Origin: Planctomycetota bacterium | GTDB taxonomy: Bacteria; Planctomycetota; UBA1135; GCA-002748355 | Direction: 5' to 3' | DNA: 64,000 nucleotides | NCBI GenBank assembly: GCA_041398545.1 | Contig: JAWKUM010000005.1 | Coordinates: 132,921 to 196,920, forward strand | Part shown: positions 31,441-46,854 of the stretch, piece after piece | Layout of the letters: every line of letters begins with the position of its first letter | Position numbering within the stretch: position 1 is the first letter of the stretch | Program-made: the position numbers and the translations under genes | The notes under the pieces: generated by a model | Told to the model about the DNA's origin: nothing | What the model saw: only the letters and a program-made list of their open reading frames with translations | The model's database searches: none

Positions 31441-31829
31441 GGCGGGTGGGGGGTTCGGAGTCCCAGGTTGCGGCGGCCGCCCGGCCGTCCGGCCGGCCGT
31501 CCGGCGGGCCGGACAAAGGGCGGAGAATCATAGCGGGCCGGAGCGGCCCGGTCGCCGCCGATTCCGGGCGCCGATCCGGCGCCGCAGGGCGGGGTTACGG
31601 CCGGGGGCGGGGCCCGGCGGGGGCCCGCCCCGGGGGCCCGGCACCGCCGGGAGATCCGGCCCCTGGCTTGGTCCCGGCGGCCCGGCTCGCTAGGATCCTC
31701 GCCCTTTCCGTCCCATCGGGGGCAGGGTCGGGACGGCCCGGCCGGCATCCAAGCCGCTTGCCGGCATGACCTTGCGCCCACGATCGGCCTGACGGCCCCG
31801 CCCGGCCCCGCGGCGTCCGCGCCCGCTCG

Positions 31830-33353
31830 ATGTTCCACTCGCTGACAGAATCCCTGAGCAACGCCCTCGGCTTCTTCCGCGGCAGGAAGGAGCTGACCGA
31901 GGACAACGTGCAGGAGGGCCTCAAGGCCGTCCGCAAGGCGCTGCTCGAGGCCGACGTCCACTTCAAGGTCGCGAAGGACTTCGTCAAGAAGGTCCAGGAG
32001 CGGGCCGTCGGGCAGCAGGTCATCAAGTCGGTCGACCCCGGCCAGCAGTTCGTCAAGGTCTTCCACGACGCCCTGACCGACCTGATGGGGCCCGAGGGCG
32101 CGGTCCTCCCGCACGCCGACAAGGGGCCGACGGTCGTCATGATGGCCGGCCTGCAGGGCTCCGGGAAGACGACGACCTGCGCCAAGCTGGCCCTGTTCCA
32201 GCGGTCCAAGAAGAAGAAGCGGCCGCTCCTCGTCGCCGCCGACCTCCAGCGCCCGGCCGCCGTCGAGCAGCTCGAGGCCCTCGGCAAGCAGCTCGGCATC
32301 GACGTCTACAGCGAGGGCGCCAAGGGCGACCCCGTCGAGGTCTGCCGCCGCGGCGTCGAGCACGCCCGCCGGATCGGGCACGGCTTCGTCATCCTCGACA
32401 CGGCCGGCCGGCTGCACGTCGACGACCGCCTCATGCAGGAGCTCGAGCGCGTCGTCGCGGCCGTCCGGCCCACGGCCGTCGTCCTCGTCTGCGACTCGAT
32501 GCTCGGCCAGGACGCGGTCAACTCGGCCAAGGAGTTCCACGAGCGCCTGCCGCTCAGCGGCGTGATCCTGACCAAGCTCGACGGCGACACCCGCGGCGGC
32601 GCCGCGATGAGCGTCAAGGCCGTGACCGGCGTGCCCGTCCTCTTCGTCGGCGTCGGCGAGAAGCCCCAGGACCTCGAGGCCTTCTTCCCCGACCGCATGG
32701 CCGGGCGCATCCTCGGGATGGGCGACGTCGTCGGCCTCGTCGAGAAGGCCCAGGAGGCCATCGACGAGAAGGAGGCCGAGAAGCAGACCCGCAAGATCCT
32801 CAAGGGCAGCTTCACGTTCGACGACTTCCTGCGCACCTATCACATGATCAAGAAGATGGGGCCGCTCAAGAAGGTGCTCGGCATGCTGCCCGGCGTGGGC
32901 CAGGCCATGAAGGACGTCGACCTCGACGACAAGCGCTTCGGGCGCGTCGAGGCCATGATCCTGTCGATGACGCCCGAGGAGCGGCGGCGGCCCGAGCTGA
33001 TCGAGATCCAGCGCCGGCGGCGCATCGCGCGCGGGTCCGGCAACGAGCTGCAGGCCGTGCACGACCTGATCAAGCAGTTCAAGCACATGCAGAAGATGTT
33101 CGGCAAGCTCGGCAAGGGCGGGGGCCTCCCGCCCGAGCTCGCGGGCGCGCCGAAGAAGGGCTTCCGCGCCCCGAAGGGTGGCAACCCCTTCGGCGGCGGG
33201 AAGGGCAGGTTCCCCGGTGGCGGCTTCCCGGGCGGGGGTTTCCCGCTCCGGAGGCCCGTGAGCGCGACGGAGTCGGGGGTCACCCCGGTCCCCGAGCCGC
33301 GCGGCCGGGATCGATTCGCGGGACCGGCCGTGGCGCCGGTCCGACCGTTGTGA
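31830..33353 (+). CDS. ffh: signal recognition particle protein Ffh
   Basis: N domain, G domain (GLQGSGKTTTCAKLA, DTAGR, TKLDGD), methionine-rich M domain (MIKKMGPLKKVLGMLPG), and a G/P-rich tail. Confidence 0.9.
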   Translation: MFHSLTESLSNALGFFRGRKELTEDNVQEGLKAVRKALLEADVHFKVAKDFVKKVQERAVGQQVIKSVDPGQQFVKVFHDALTDLMGPEGAVLPHADKGPTVVMMAGLQGSGKTTTCAKLALFQRSKKKKRPLLVAADLQRPAAVEQLEALGKQLGIDVYSEGAKGDPVEVCRRGVEHARRIGHGFVILDTAGRLHVDDRLMQELERVVAAVRPTAVVLVCDSMLGQDAVNSAKEFHERLPLSGVILTKLDGDTRGGAAMSVKAVTGVPVLFVGVGEKPQDLEAFFPDRMAGRILGMGDVVGLVEKAQEAIDEKEAEKQTRKILKGSFTFDDFLRTYHMIKKMGPLKKVLGMLPGVGQAMKDVDLDDKRFGRVEAMILSMTPEERRRPELIEIQRRRRIARGSGNELQAVHDLIKQFKHMQKMFGKLGKGGGLPPELAGAPKKGFRAPKGGNPFGGGKGRFPGGGFPGGGFPLRRPVSATESGVTPVPEPRGRDRFAGPAVAPVRPL

Positions 33354-33381
33354 GACTTCCGACCGACCAAGGAGCAGATCC

Positions 33382-33795
33382 ATGACCGTTCGCATCCGAC
33401 TCAGGAGGACGGGCCGCCGCAACCGGCCCTGCCACCGCCTGTGCGTCATCGACCAGCGCACGCGCCGCGACGGCCGCGTGCTCGAGAACCTCGGGCTCTA
33501 CGACCCCCTGGCCCCCAAGGCCGAGGAGCAGCTGCAGATCAAGGGCGACCGGATCGTCTGGTGGGTCGCCAACGGCGCCTCGCTGAGCGAGACCGCTGCC
33601 TCCCTCGTCAAGCGCGCCGGCATCGAGCTGCCGGCCAAGGACAAGAAGCCGCGCGAGCGCAAGCGCCAGGCCACCGAGACCCGGGCCAAGGCCAAGTTCG
33701 AGCGCAACGCCCGCGTGCACAAGGCCAAGAAGGAGCGCGCCACGGCCCGCAAGGCCGCCGCCGCCGCCGCCAAGGCGGCCGAGAAGTCCGAGTGA
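33382..33795 (+). CDS. rpsP: 30S ribosomal protein S16 with a K/A-rich C-terminal extension
   Basis: MTVRIRLRRTGRRNRPCHRLCVIDQRTRRDGRVLENLGLYDP; AAGGAG RBS upstream. Confidence 0.9.
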   Translation: MTVRIRLRRTGRRNRPCHRLCVIDQRTRRDGRVLENLGLYDPLAPKAEEQLQIKGDRIVWWVANGASLSETAASLVKRAGIELPAKDKKPRERKRQATETRAKAKFERNARVHKAKKERATARKAAAAAAKAAEKSE

Positions 33796-33841
33796 CGCGA
33801 CGCCTCCGCGCAGCGGAGTCCGAGCGGGAACCTGACGGGGA

Positions 33842-35167
33842 GTGACCGTGGCCACCAAGAAGAGCGCCTCAGGCAGCAAGTCCAAGACGCGCGCGACGAC
33901 GCGCAAGAAGACCACCGCGGCCCGGAAGCCGACGGCCCGCAAGGCCACCGCCAAGAAGGCGGCGGCCAAGAAGCCGGCGGCCAAGAAGCCCGGGGCCAAG
34001 AAGCCGACGGCCAAGCCGCCGGCCGCGAAGAAGGCCGCGGCGGGCAAGGCCGCGGCGGGCAAGGCCTCGGCGGCCAAGAAGCCGGCCGGCAAGGGCGCCA
34101 AGCGGGCCCCGAGCGCCGGCAAGACCGGCACGGCGGCCAAGCTCCTCGCGCGGCGCAGCGAACGGGCGCGGACGGCGGCCAAGGCCGCCAAGTCGCAGGA
34201 GCGCAAGACGACCCAGGGCAAGGCCGCGGCCCGGCGCACGACGACGCGCAAGCGGACCACGTCCCGCAAGCGCTCGAGCACGCGGGTCTCGACGGCCCAG
34301 CTCGTCGGCGACGCGATGGAGGACGAGGACGGCGACGGCGACGGCGGCGACGGCGGGGACGGCGCCCAGGCCAAGGGCAAGGGCCTGCGGCTCAGGTCCC
34401 AGCCGGTCGAGGTCCAGGAGATCGACGTCCGCATCGGCCGCGCCCGCAAGAGCCGCCTGCCCGAGTTCTCGGCGCGCAGCTTCGGCAAGTCGCCCAAGAA
34501 GGCGACGGCCAAGGAGATCCAGGCCCTCCTGCTCAAGCACCTCGGCCGCTGCGCGGTGCCGCCCAAGGCCGGCGCCCCCGAGAACCTCGTGCAGATGGGG
34601 ATCTACTGCTTCTTCGCCGTCGGCGGGACCTCGTCCAAGGCCGCGATCGACGCGATGCGCCGGCTGATCGACAACTTCCCCGACTGGAACGAGTTCCGCA
34701 TCAGCGACGCCTACGAGCTCGTCGAGATCCTCGAGGACCTGCCGATCGAGCACCTCTTCGACCGCTGCGAGCAGGTCCTCGAGTTCGTCAACGAGGTCTA
34801 CAACGACCGCAACTTCGTCGAGCTCGAGTACCTCCGCGAGTACCCGGTGGAGGACCGGCCGGCCATGCTCGGCCGCTACCAGTCCCTGCCGCCGTCGTAC
34901 GCGCACTTCCTCGCCCTGGCGATCCAGGACTTCGAGGGCTTCCTGTTCCACTACTCCTGGGCCCGCGTCGTGCAGCGCCTCGGCCTCGTGCCGCGCAGCG
35001 GCTCGCCCAAGAAGCTCGTCGCCGCGGCCGACAAGGCCTTCGAGGGCTGCGACACGGTCTCCCTCCAGGTCGACCTGATCGACCTCGGCGAGGAGATCTG
35101 CACGTCCAAGAACCCCAACTGCAAGGGCTGCTACCTGGTCCTCAACTGCAAGGGCCGCAAGATCTGA
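33842..35167 (+). CDS. histone-H1-like K/A-rich N-terminal tail fused to an endonuclease III-like (HhH-GPD) domain with a [4Fe-4S] cluster motif
   Basis: GTG start. About 190 aa of AKK/PAAKK repeats plus an acidic [12 protein letters not shown] patch. The following domain is colinear with Nth/MutY. It ends in C-x6-C-x2-C-x5-C ([17 protein letters not shown]). The positions of catalytic Lys/Asp are not conserved ([11 protein letters not shown]; [14 protein letters not shown]). Confidence 0.65.
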   Translation: MTVATKKSASGSKSKTRATTRKKTTAARKPTARKATAKKAAAKKPAAKKPGAKKPTAKPPAAKKAAAGKAAAGKASAAKKPAGKGAKRAPSAGKTGTAAKLLARRSERARTAAKAAKSQERKTTQGKAAARRTTTRKRTTSRKRSSTRVSTAQLVGDAMEDEDGDGDGGDGGDGAQAKGKGLRLRSQPVEVQEIDVRIGRARKSRLPEFSARSFGKSPKKATAKEIQALLLKHLGRCAVPPKAGAPENLVQMGIYCFFAVGGTSSKAAIDAMRRLIDNFPDWNEFRISDAYELVEILEDLPIEHLFDRCEQVLEFVNEVYNDRNFVELEYLREYPVEDRPAMLGRYQSLPPSYAHFLALAIQDFEGFLFHYSWARVVQRLGLVPRSGSPKKLVAAADKAFEGCDTVSLQVDLIDLGEEICTSKNPNCKGCYLVLNCKGRKI

Positions 35168-35177
35168 GGCCGGCCCC

Positions 35178-35815
35178 GTGGCCCCGGTCCTGCTGGCCTC
35201 GCGCTCGCCCCGCCGCGCGGACCTGTGCCGGCGGGCAGGGATCCCCTTCGAACTCGTCGCGCCGGGCGCCGAGCCGGCGCCCGCGCCCGACGAGGAGCCG
35301 GCGGCCTACTGCCGGCGCGCCGCGGTCGCCAAGGCCGCCGGCGCGCGCCTCGGGGCGGCGACCGGGCTGCTCCTCGCCGTCGACACGGTCGTGGTCGTCG
35401 ACGGGCGCGTCCTCGGCAAGCCCGCGGACCGCGCCGAGGCCGAGGCCTTCCTCGACCTGCTCGGCGGGCGCGAGCACGAGGTCCTGACCGGCCACGCCCT
35501 CGCCGAGGTCGTCGCCGGCCGCGCCGGCCCGGTGGCCTACGTCGAGGCGCGCGCCCGGGTCGCGGTCGCCCGCCTCGACCCGGCGGAGCTACGGCGGCCC
35601 CTCGCCGGGCGGGATCAGCACGACAAGGCTGGCGGCTACGGCATCCAGGCTGACGCGGCCGGCTTCCACGCGGCTCGTCGCCGGGGACCCTCGGCACGGT
35701 CGTCGGCCTGTCCCTCGAGGCCGTCCTGCCCTGGCTCCGCGGGCACGGCCTGGACCCGGCCTGGACGATCCTGGTCCGGCGTCCCCGATCGCGCATGCTC
35801 GGCCGCTGGCGATGA
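35178..35815 (+). pseudogene. maf: Maf-like nucleoside triphosphate pyrophosphatase, frame-broken near the 3' end
   Basis: GTG start. [24 protein letters not shown]. The C-terminus (VVGLSLEAVLPWLRGHGL..) is readable only in another frame, with stop TGA 35813-35815. Confidence 0.75.
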
Positions 35816-36348
35816 ACTCGGCTGCCGATCCTCCGCCGCGCGGTCCTGATCTTCGGGGTCGCGATCTCGGCCCTGCTGCTGCTCTCGACCCTGCTCGAGT
35901 ACCGGCACAGCAGGGTCCGCTGCGGAGCGGGCTCGACGAGCCCGAGGCCGGCCCCGCGCCGGTGCTCGCGGCCCGCGGCGCTCGCGCCCGAGCGCCTGCG
36001 GAGCGAGTGCGAGCGGGGCAGCGAGGAGGCGACGGTCACGTCCGCCTGCTGGCCTTCGACCCGACCGCGCCCGCGCCGGGATCCAGGTCCGGGAGGGGCG
36101 GTCTACCGCCGCGTCAGCTGGGCTCCGAGCCTGGATCGACTACCCTGGCCCTGATCCCGACCGCCTCGACGCGGCGCTGAGCGGCCGCCCTGCTCGTGGC
36201 CCTCGACCGGCTGCGCGAGGGCGCTCGGACCGCAGCCACGGCGCCTGGTCCCCTGGCGGGGGAGGGCTGGCGGGAGCTCCGGCTCCACCCGGGCCGGACC
36301 ACCGGACGAGGGACCTCGGCGCCCACCGACGCGGCCTCGGGGCCGCCT

Positions 36349-36377
36349 TTGCGTGCACTGACCGGACATCCTATGAT
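36349..36377 (+). promoter_or_regulatory. sigma-70-type promoter candidate for rpmE-prfA-prmC
   Basis: TTGCGT-N17-TATGAT. This AT-rich hexamer pair stands out in a very GC-rich spacer, about 90 nt upstream of rpmE. Confidence 0.45.
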
Positions 36378-36467
36378 CCTTGCCCTTTTCCCCCGAGGGC
36401 GGCGGCCGCCGGCCGGCCCGTCCGGACCGGGTCGACGCGGGGCCGAGGGCGACCGCCCCTGCCGGAG

Positions 36468-36681
36468 TTGAGGACGAAGAAGGACACCCACCTCGAGCTT
36501 ACCAGACCTGCGTCGTGACCTGCGCCTGCGGGAACAGCTTCGAGACGCGCTCGACCCTGACCGAGATCAAGCTCGACATCCGCGGGGTCTGCCACCCGTT
36601 CTACACGGGCAAGCAGAAGTCGCGGACACCGCCGGCCGCGTCGACAAGTTCCTCAAGAAGTACCAGAAGGCCGCGAAGTAG
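36468..36681 (+). pseudogene. rpmE: 50S ribosomal protein L31, frame-broken
   Basis: ..KKDTH / [40 protein letters not shown] / [18 protein letters not shown] read over three frames. The start codon is uncertain (TTG 36468; the codon aligned to the usual Met reads ACG). Confidence 0.7.
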
Positions 36682-36730
36682 CGAACGGGGCCGGCCTCGC
36701 CCCGTTGCCGCCTCCTCCGTCCTCGCTTCC

Positions 36731-37789
<1,059 letters not shown>

Positions 37790-37849
37790 AGAACCTGTGA
37801 GCTCGCCCTGCGCGGCTCCCGGAACCCCGAGACAGAGAAGGAGCAGTCC

Positions 37850-38430
37850 ATGAGCGATACGACGAGCTCGATGAGGCCGGCGACGCCAGTGGGTCCTGTG
37901 AAGGCCCCGGATCACCGGCCCGATCTACAAGCGCCTTCGAGGGCCTCGCGGCGCCGTTCTTCAACCCTGCAACGCCTCGGAAGGAGTTACTACCGCTTCC
38001 TGTTCGGCGGCCTCCTGATGCTGGTCGGCTGCTTCATGCCCTTCGACGCCAACTGGGACCATGTCGGCTACAAGTCCCTGTCCGGCGGCGTGAGGATCCT
38101 CGTGATCGCGCTTCGGCGTCATGTGGAGCGCGTGGATCTCGATCAACATCCCCAGCATCGTCAAGATGAAGTGGGAGCATGCTGGCGACGATCCCGCTGA
38201 TCTGGAGCCTCGTCCACCTGATCTTCCTGCCGACCGGCATGGCGTGGAACGAGCTCGGGGACGCGTTCTCCAACTTCACCGGAGGGCGGCCTGCGCGACG
38301 CAGGCGACTTCTTCCAGCGCATCGGCCCGGGCAAGCTGTTCATCCTCCTGGGCGCCCTGATGGTCGAGTTCACGTTCCTGATGGGCACCTCGGGGGCGTG
38401 CAGCAGATCAAGCCGACAAGCGCAGCGGCT
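37850..38430 (+). pseudogene. small multi-pass membrane protein between prfA and prmC, frame-broken (3' end approximate)
   Basis: The TM-like pieces lie in three frames: YYRFLFGGLLMLVGCFMPF; FGVMWSAWISINIPSIV; MLATIPLIWSLVHLIFLPTG; GKLFILLGALMVEFTFLMG. Confidence 0.4.
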
Positions 38431-38439
38431 GCCGGCGCT

Positions 38440-39300
38440 GAGTTGGACGAGTTGGACCGTCGGCGAGGTCCTCCTCGCGTCTCGAGGACCTCGCCTGCAA
38501 GAGCTCGGCGGCCCGGGCGCGGCCCTGTCGCTCTGCCTCGCCGACGTCCTCGGCGTCGACCGGCTCGCGCTCCTGCTCCAGCACGAGCGGCCGCTGAGCG
38601 CGGACGAGCGCGGCCTGTTCCGCGGCCGCCTCGGCCGCCTGCTCGGCGGCGAGCCGCTGGCCTACGTGCTCGGCTGGCAGGAGTTCTGGGGCCGGCGCTT
38701 CGCGGTCGGTCCCGACGTCCTGATCCCGCGCCCCGAGACCGAGCTCCTCGTCGAGCGGGCGCTGGCCGCCCTGCCCGAGGGGGCCCGCGTGTTCGAGCCG
38801 TGCACCGGCTCGGGCTGCATCGCGATCAGCCTCGCGCTCGAGCGGCCCGACCTCGCCGTCGTCGCCAGCGACGTCTCGGCGCCGGCCTCTGGCCGTCGCG
38901 CCAACGCTGCGCGCCTGGGCGCGGCCGCGGTCGCCTGGCGCGAGGGCAGCTACTGGGCGCCGGTCGCGGGCGAGGCCTTCGACGCGCTGTGCGCCAACCC
39001 GCCGTACGTCGACCCCGCGCGGCCCGCGCTGCTCGACGAGGCCGTGCGCCGGTTCGAGCCGGCCGCCGCGCTCTTCGCCGCCGGCGAGGACCCGCTCGGC
39101 GCGCACGGGTTCCTGCTCGACGGCGTGACCCGGGGCCTCACGCCGGGGCCTGGTCCTGCTCGAGCTCGGCGTCGACACCGCTTTCGCCGCCGTGCGCGAG
39201 CTCGCCGAGGCCGGTGGCCTCGTCGACGTCGGGATCGTGCCGACCTCGGCGGTCGGCCGCGGTTGCTGGTCGGGCGTCGGCCGGGCTGGATTGCAGCGCG
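38440..39300 (+). pseudogene. prmC: release-factor glutamine N5-methyltransferase, frame-broken (ends approximate)
   Basis: ..GEPLAYVLGWQEFWGRRFAVGPDVLIPRPETELLVERAL..VFEPCTGSGCIAISLA..ALCANPPYV (NPPY)..; then the tail GLVLLELGVDTAFAAVRELAEAGGLVDVGIVPDLGGRPRLLVGRR in other frames. Confidence 0.75.
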
Positions 39301-39310
39301 ACCCGTCGGC

Positions 39311-39871
39311 TCAGCCGGCGGCACGCCGCCGCGCAGCGGGAGCATGCGCGGACAGCAGGAAGCCCCAGAGGTCGGGCCAGTGATCGACCGGCTCGCCGGA
39401 CGGCATCGCGATGCGCTGCACGCGGCGGTCGCGGTCGGGGTCGGCGAAGACCAGCAGCGAGTCGTCGTCGGGCAGCAGGCCGACGGCCAGCGCCACGCCG
39501 CCGAGCTCGACGTGGTGGCGGATGCGGCGGTTCAGGGTCGCGAGGTCCGGCGGCCGCACGCCGGGCATGACGTCGGGCGGGAGCTCCGCGCCGGGGCCGG
39601 CCAGCGCGAACGCGCCGTCGTCGAGGCACATCCCGCCGGCGGCCCGGTAGACGGCGACGAGGTCGGCCGGCAGGTGGCGGCCGACCGAGCCCTCGAGCCC
39701 CGCGATCGCCGCCGCGTCGAGCGGCGGCAGGAGCAGGTGGCGGAAGGCCCCGTCGCGCCCGCCCGGGCACAGGAGCCGCGCCCCGCCCGGGAGCTCGCGG
39801 CAGCCCTCGGCCGCCCAGGCCTCGATCCGGTCCTGCATCCTGCTCAGGGCCTCGAGCATCGACGTGGCCAT
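39311..39871 (-). CDS. SMI1/KNR4 (SUKH-1)-like protein
   Basis: 186 aa, intact. Central ..VGRHLPADLVAVYRAAGG..DG.F.L.. pattern and the size fit the SUKH superfamily. The family call is by eye only. Confidence 0.5.
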   Translation of the reverse strand: MATSMLEALSRMQDRIEAWAAEGCRELPGGARLLCPGGRDGAFRHLLLPPLDAAAIAGLEGSVGRHLPADLVAVYRAAGGMCLDDGAFALAGPGAELPPDVMPGVRPPDLATLNRRIRHHVELGGVALAVGLLPDDDSLLVFADPDRDRRVQRIAMPSGEPVDHWPDLWGFLLSAHAPAARRRAAG

Positions 39872-39973
39872 CGCTCCCCCCTCGCGCGCGACCTCGGCGC
39901 GCGCAACGGTGACCCATCGGCAGGTCGGGGCGCGGAGTGGACCCCTCGGCGAGCCGTCGATCGGGGCGCGGCT

Positions 39974-41854
39974 TCAGCGCAGGGTCAGGGGCCCGGCCGA
40001 GCTGCCGAGCAGCAGGCCGCCGGCGAAGGGCAGCACGGGGCCGGCGAGGCCGAGGGGGTGGGCCGAGGGCAGCTCGATGACGTGGGCGTAGGCGAGGTCG
40101 CGGTCGAGGTCGAGGTGGTAGAGGCGGCGGGCCGTCGACAGCAACAGGTCGTGGCCGGTCAGCAGGGGGCCGCCGTCGGGCCGCTGGTCCGGCTCGAGGG
40201 GGGGCGCGTCGAAGCGCTCCAGGTCGCGGTCGAGGCGCAGGCGCACGGGGCGGATGTCCTGCAGCGGGACCTCGCCGGGCATGGCCTCGCCGCGCAGGAA
40301 GTAGGCCGCGTCGCCGGCGACGCCGAGGAGGCGGCTCAGGCTGCGCTTGGGGCAGGGCTCCTGGCGCAGGAGCTCGCCGGTGCCGCCGCCGACGCTCAGC
40401 CGGTAGAGGTGGTCGCCGTCGCCCGGCGCGTACAGCACCTCGTCGCCGTGCGCCTCGACGCGCGCCTCGAGCCAGCCCTCCTGGCCCGAGTTCTGGAGCC
40501 GCGCGCTGCGGAAGCTCCACAGCTGCTCTCCGCTGGCGGCGCCGACGGCGACGAGGACGCCGAGGCCGGTGTCGGCCAGCACGAGGCCGCGGTGCAGGAT
40601 CGGGGCCGCCGGCTGGACCGCCTTGGCGCGGACCTCCTCCTGCCGGCTCGTCACGATGTCCGACGACAGCGGTGCGCCCTTGGCGAGCAGCGTCGACCAC
40701 AGGAGCCTCGGTCCGCCGGCGCCGTCGCCGTCCGCGGCGAGGCAGCACAGCTTCACGACGGCGGAGAGGCGGTCCTGCACGTCGACGAGCGTGACCCAGA
40801 CCCGCCCGCCCGAGGCCAGCACCCGCGGCCTCAGGCGCGCGCGCGGCGACTGGCCCTCGCCGGTCGGAAGCTCGGTCGGCTTCCACGTCCAGGCCGGCGC
40901 GAGGACGGCCGGCGGCCCGGGCGTGATGGTCAGGGCCAGCAGCGCCGTGCCCTCCTCGGCGTCGCCGTGCACGACGAAGGCGCGGTCGCCGGCCAGCGCC
41001 GGCTCGGGCGGCTCGGGCTCGCCGGGCGGCAGGCCGCACAGGGGCTCGAGCTCGATGCAGCGGGCCTTGCCGGCCGCGGGCGACGCGAACACGAGCGCGA
41101 CCTGGACCGGGTCCTGGAACAGGGCGAACTCGCCGAGGGTGGGGTGCCGGCCGACGACGCCGCGCGCGTACGGGCCGAGCAGGGACCAGCGGCCCTCGAG
41201 CTCGGCGGCGAGGCGCGGCGCCGGGCGCTCGGGCCAGGCCACGGTGACCTGGGCCGGCAGGCCGTCGGGCCCACCGCGCACCTGGGGCCAGGGGTGGCGC
41301 GCGGCCTCGGCCGCGCGCAGGCGGTCGCGGGCCGCCTCGAGCTCCGCGTCCCGCCCGAGGCCGAGCAGGCACTCTCCGAGCCCGGCGCGGTCCCCCTGCT
41401 CGAGCATCAGCAGGGCCAGCTTGCGGCGAGCCGACGCCGCTGCGTCGGTGCCCGGGTAGCGTCGGCAGAACGACCGCAACGCCCGAGGCCGCATCGGCAG
41501 GAGCTCGAGCACGCGCCCGGCCTCGACCTCGAGGCCCTCGGCGAAGGCCGCGCGCAGGCTCGGCGTCGCCTCGGCCAGGCGTCGGTCGAGCAGGTGCCAG
41601 AAGCTCCGTGTCTCGCGCGCGCCGTACGCGATCGCGACCTCGCGGTCGGGCTCGGCCAGGACCGGCAGCAGCTCGATCATGGCCTGCCGACCCTTGCCCT
41701 CGTCGAGCCGGTCGAGACCGGCCTGGATGCGCCGGGTCAGGATCGGGTCGGCCGTCGGCACCCAGGTCTCATTGGCCAGGGCGCGGGCGTGCTCACCGTC
41801 CTGGACGAGCAGGCACAGGACCGCGGGCAGGAGGGTGACCGGCACGGGCATCAC
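39974..41854 (-). CDS. secreted protein, helical N-terminal part plus possible PQQ/BamB-like beta-propeller
   Basis: Signal-like N-terminus. Recurrent beta-strand/turn units with G..LW motifs (PRLLWSTLL, SGEQLWSFRS). 626 aa, intact. Start lies 30 nt downstream of the ftsB stop. Confidence 0.45.
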   Translation of the reverse strand: MMPVPVTLLPAVLCLLVQDGEHARALANETWVPTADPILTRRIQAGLDRLDEGKGRQAMIELLPVLAEPDREVAIAYGARETRSFWHLLDRRLAEATPSLRAAFAEGLEVEAGRVLELLPMRPRALRSFCRRYPGTDAAASARRKLALLMLEQGDRAGLGECLLGLGRDAELEAARDRLRAAEAARHPWPQVRGGPDGLPAQVTVAWPERPAPRLAAELEGRWSLLGPYARGVVGRHPTLGEFALFQDPVQVALVFASPAAGKARCIELEPLCGLPPGEPEPPEPALAGDRAFVVHGDAEEGTALLALTITPGPPAVLAPAWTWKPTELPTGEGQSPRARLRPRVLASGGRVWVTLVDVQDRLSAVVKLCCLAADGDGAGGPRLLWSTLLAKGAPLSSDIVTSRQEEVRAKAVQPAAPILHRGLVLADTGLGVLVAVGAASGEQLWSFRSARLQNSGQEGWLEARVEAHGDEVLYAPGDGDHLYRLSVGGGTGELLRQEPCPKRSLSRLLGVAGDAAYFLRGEAMPGEVPLQDIRPVRLRLDRDLERFDAPPLEPDQRPDGGPLLTGHDLLLSTARRLYHLDLDRDLAYAHVIELPSAHPLGLAGPVLPFAGGLLLGSSAGPLTLR

Positions 41855-41883
41855 GGGTCGGGCAGGATAGCCCGCGCCTCGGC

Positions 41884-42264
41884 TCAGCGCAGGGCGCGGT
41901 TGCCGGAGCCTCGCCCGGTGCGGGGATCCCGCTCATCGGCGCGCGTGGCGTGCGCGGCGGAGCCGGAGCCCTCGCCGGCCTGGACCGGACCGAGCAGGGA
42001 GCGGCGGTCGAGCTCGAGCAGCACGGCCTGGGGATCGTGCTCGAGGCCGGCGAGCCGGCGGCGCAGCTCTACGACCTCCTGCTCGAGGCGGTCGTGGGCC
42101 TCGAGCCGGCGGCCGAGGATCGCCCGCGCCTCGCGGTGGGCCGCCAAGGCGGGCCCGAGCTCGAACAGCAGCAGGTAGCCGGCCAGGACCCCGAACCAGG
42201 TCGTCAGGATCCACGGCAGCACGCCCCCCCGGGCCCCCGGCCGCCTCGCTCCCTTGCCGCCCAT
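41884..42264 (-). CDS. ftsB: FtsB/DivIC-like septum formation initiator
   Basis: 126 aa. One N-terminal TM segment (VLPWILTTWFGVLAGYLLLF), then a coiled coil (..LEQEVVELRRRLAGLEHDP). GGAGGA RBS. Conserved position immediately downstream of eno. Confidence 0.7.
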   Translation of the reverse strand: MGGKGARRPGARGGVLPWILTTWFGVLAGYLLLFELGPALAAHREARAILGRRLEAHDRLEQEVVELRRRLAGLEHDPQAVLLELDRRSLLGPVQAGEGSGSAAHATRADERDPRTGRGSGNRALR

Positions 42265-42278
42265 GTCGCCCTTCCTCC

Positions 42279-46852
<4,574 letters not shown>

Positions 46853-46854
46853 GA

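Noticed and set aside
31441-31829. The 390-nt extremely GC-rich pckA/ffh divergent spacer as a hidden ncRNA (for example SRP RNA next to ffh), including a CCGGCCGTCCGG x2 direct repeat
   Set aside because: I found no SRP-RNA domain IV motif or other recognisable RNA signature. The region is best treated as promoter/leader DNA until a covariance-model search says otherwise.
33880-34130. Tandem ~15-nt repeats (GCCAAGAAGCCGRCG-like) as a possible CRISPR or satellite
   Set aside because: The repeats are in frame and encode the AKKPA/AAKK histone-like tail of the 33842-35167 protein. There are no unique spacers and no cas genes.
38360-42178. 1272-aa plus-strand ORF spanning prmC, the SUKH gene, the propeller-like gene and ftsB
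   Set aside because: Only its first ~300 codons (prmC) are protein-like. The rest is R/A/G/P-rich antisense of convincing minus-strand genes. The long open frame is due to stop-codon scarcity at this GC content. The same applies to the N-terminal extensions of ORFs 42279-46343(-), 54956-58426(+), 60424-63828(+), 5001-7055(-) and 2491-5025(+).
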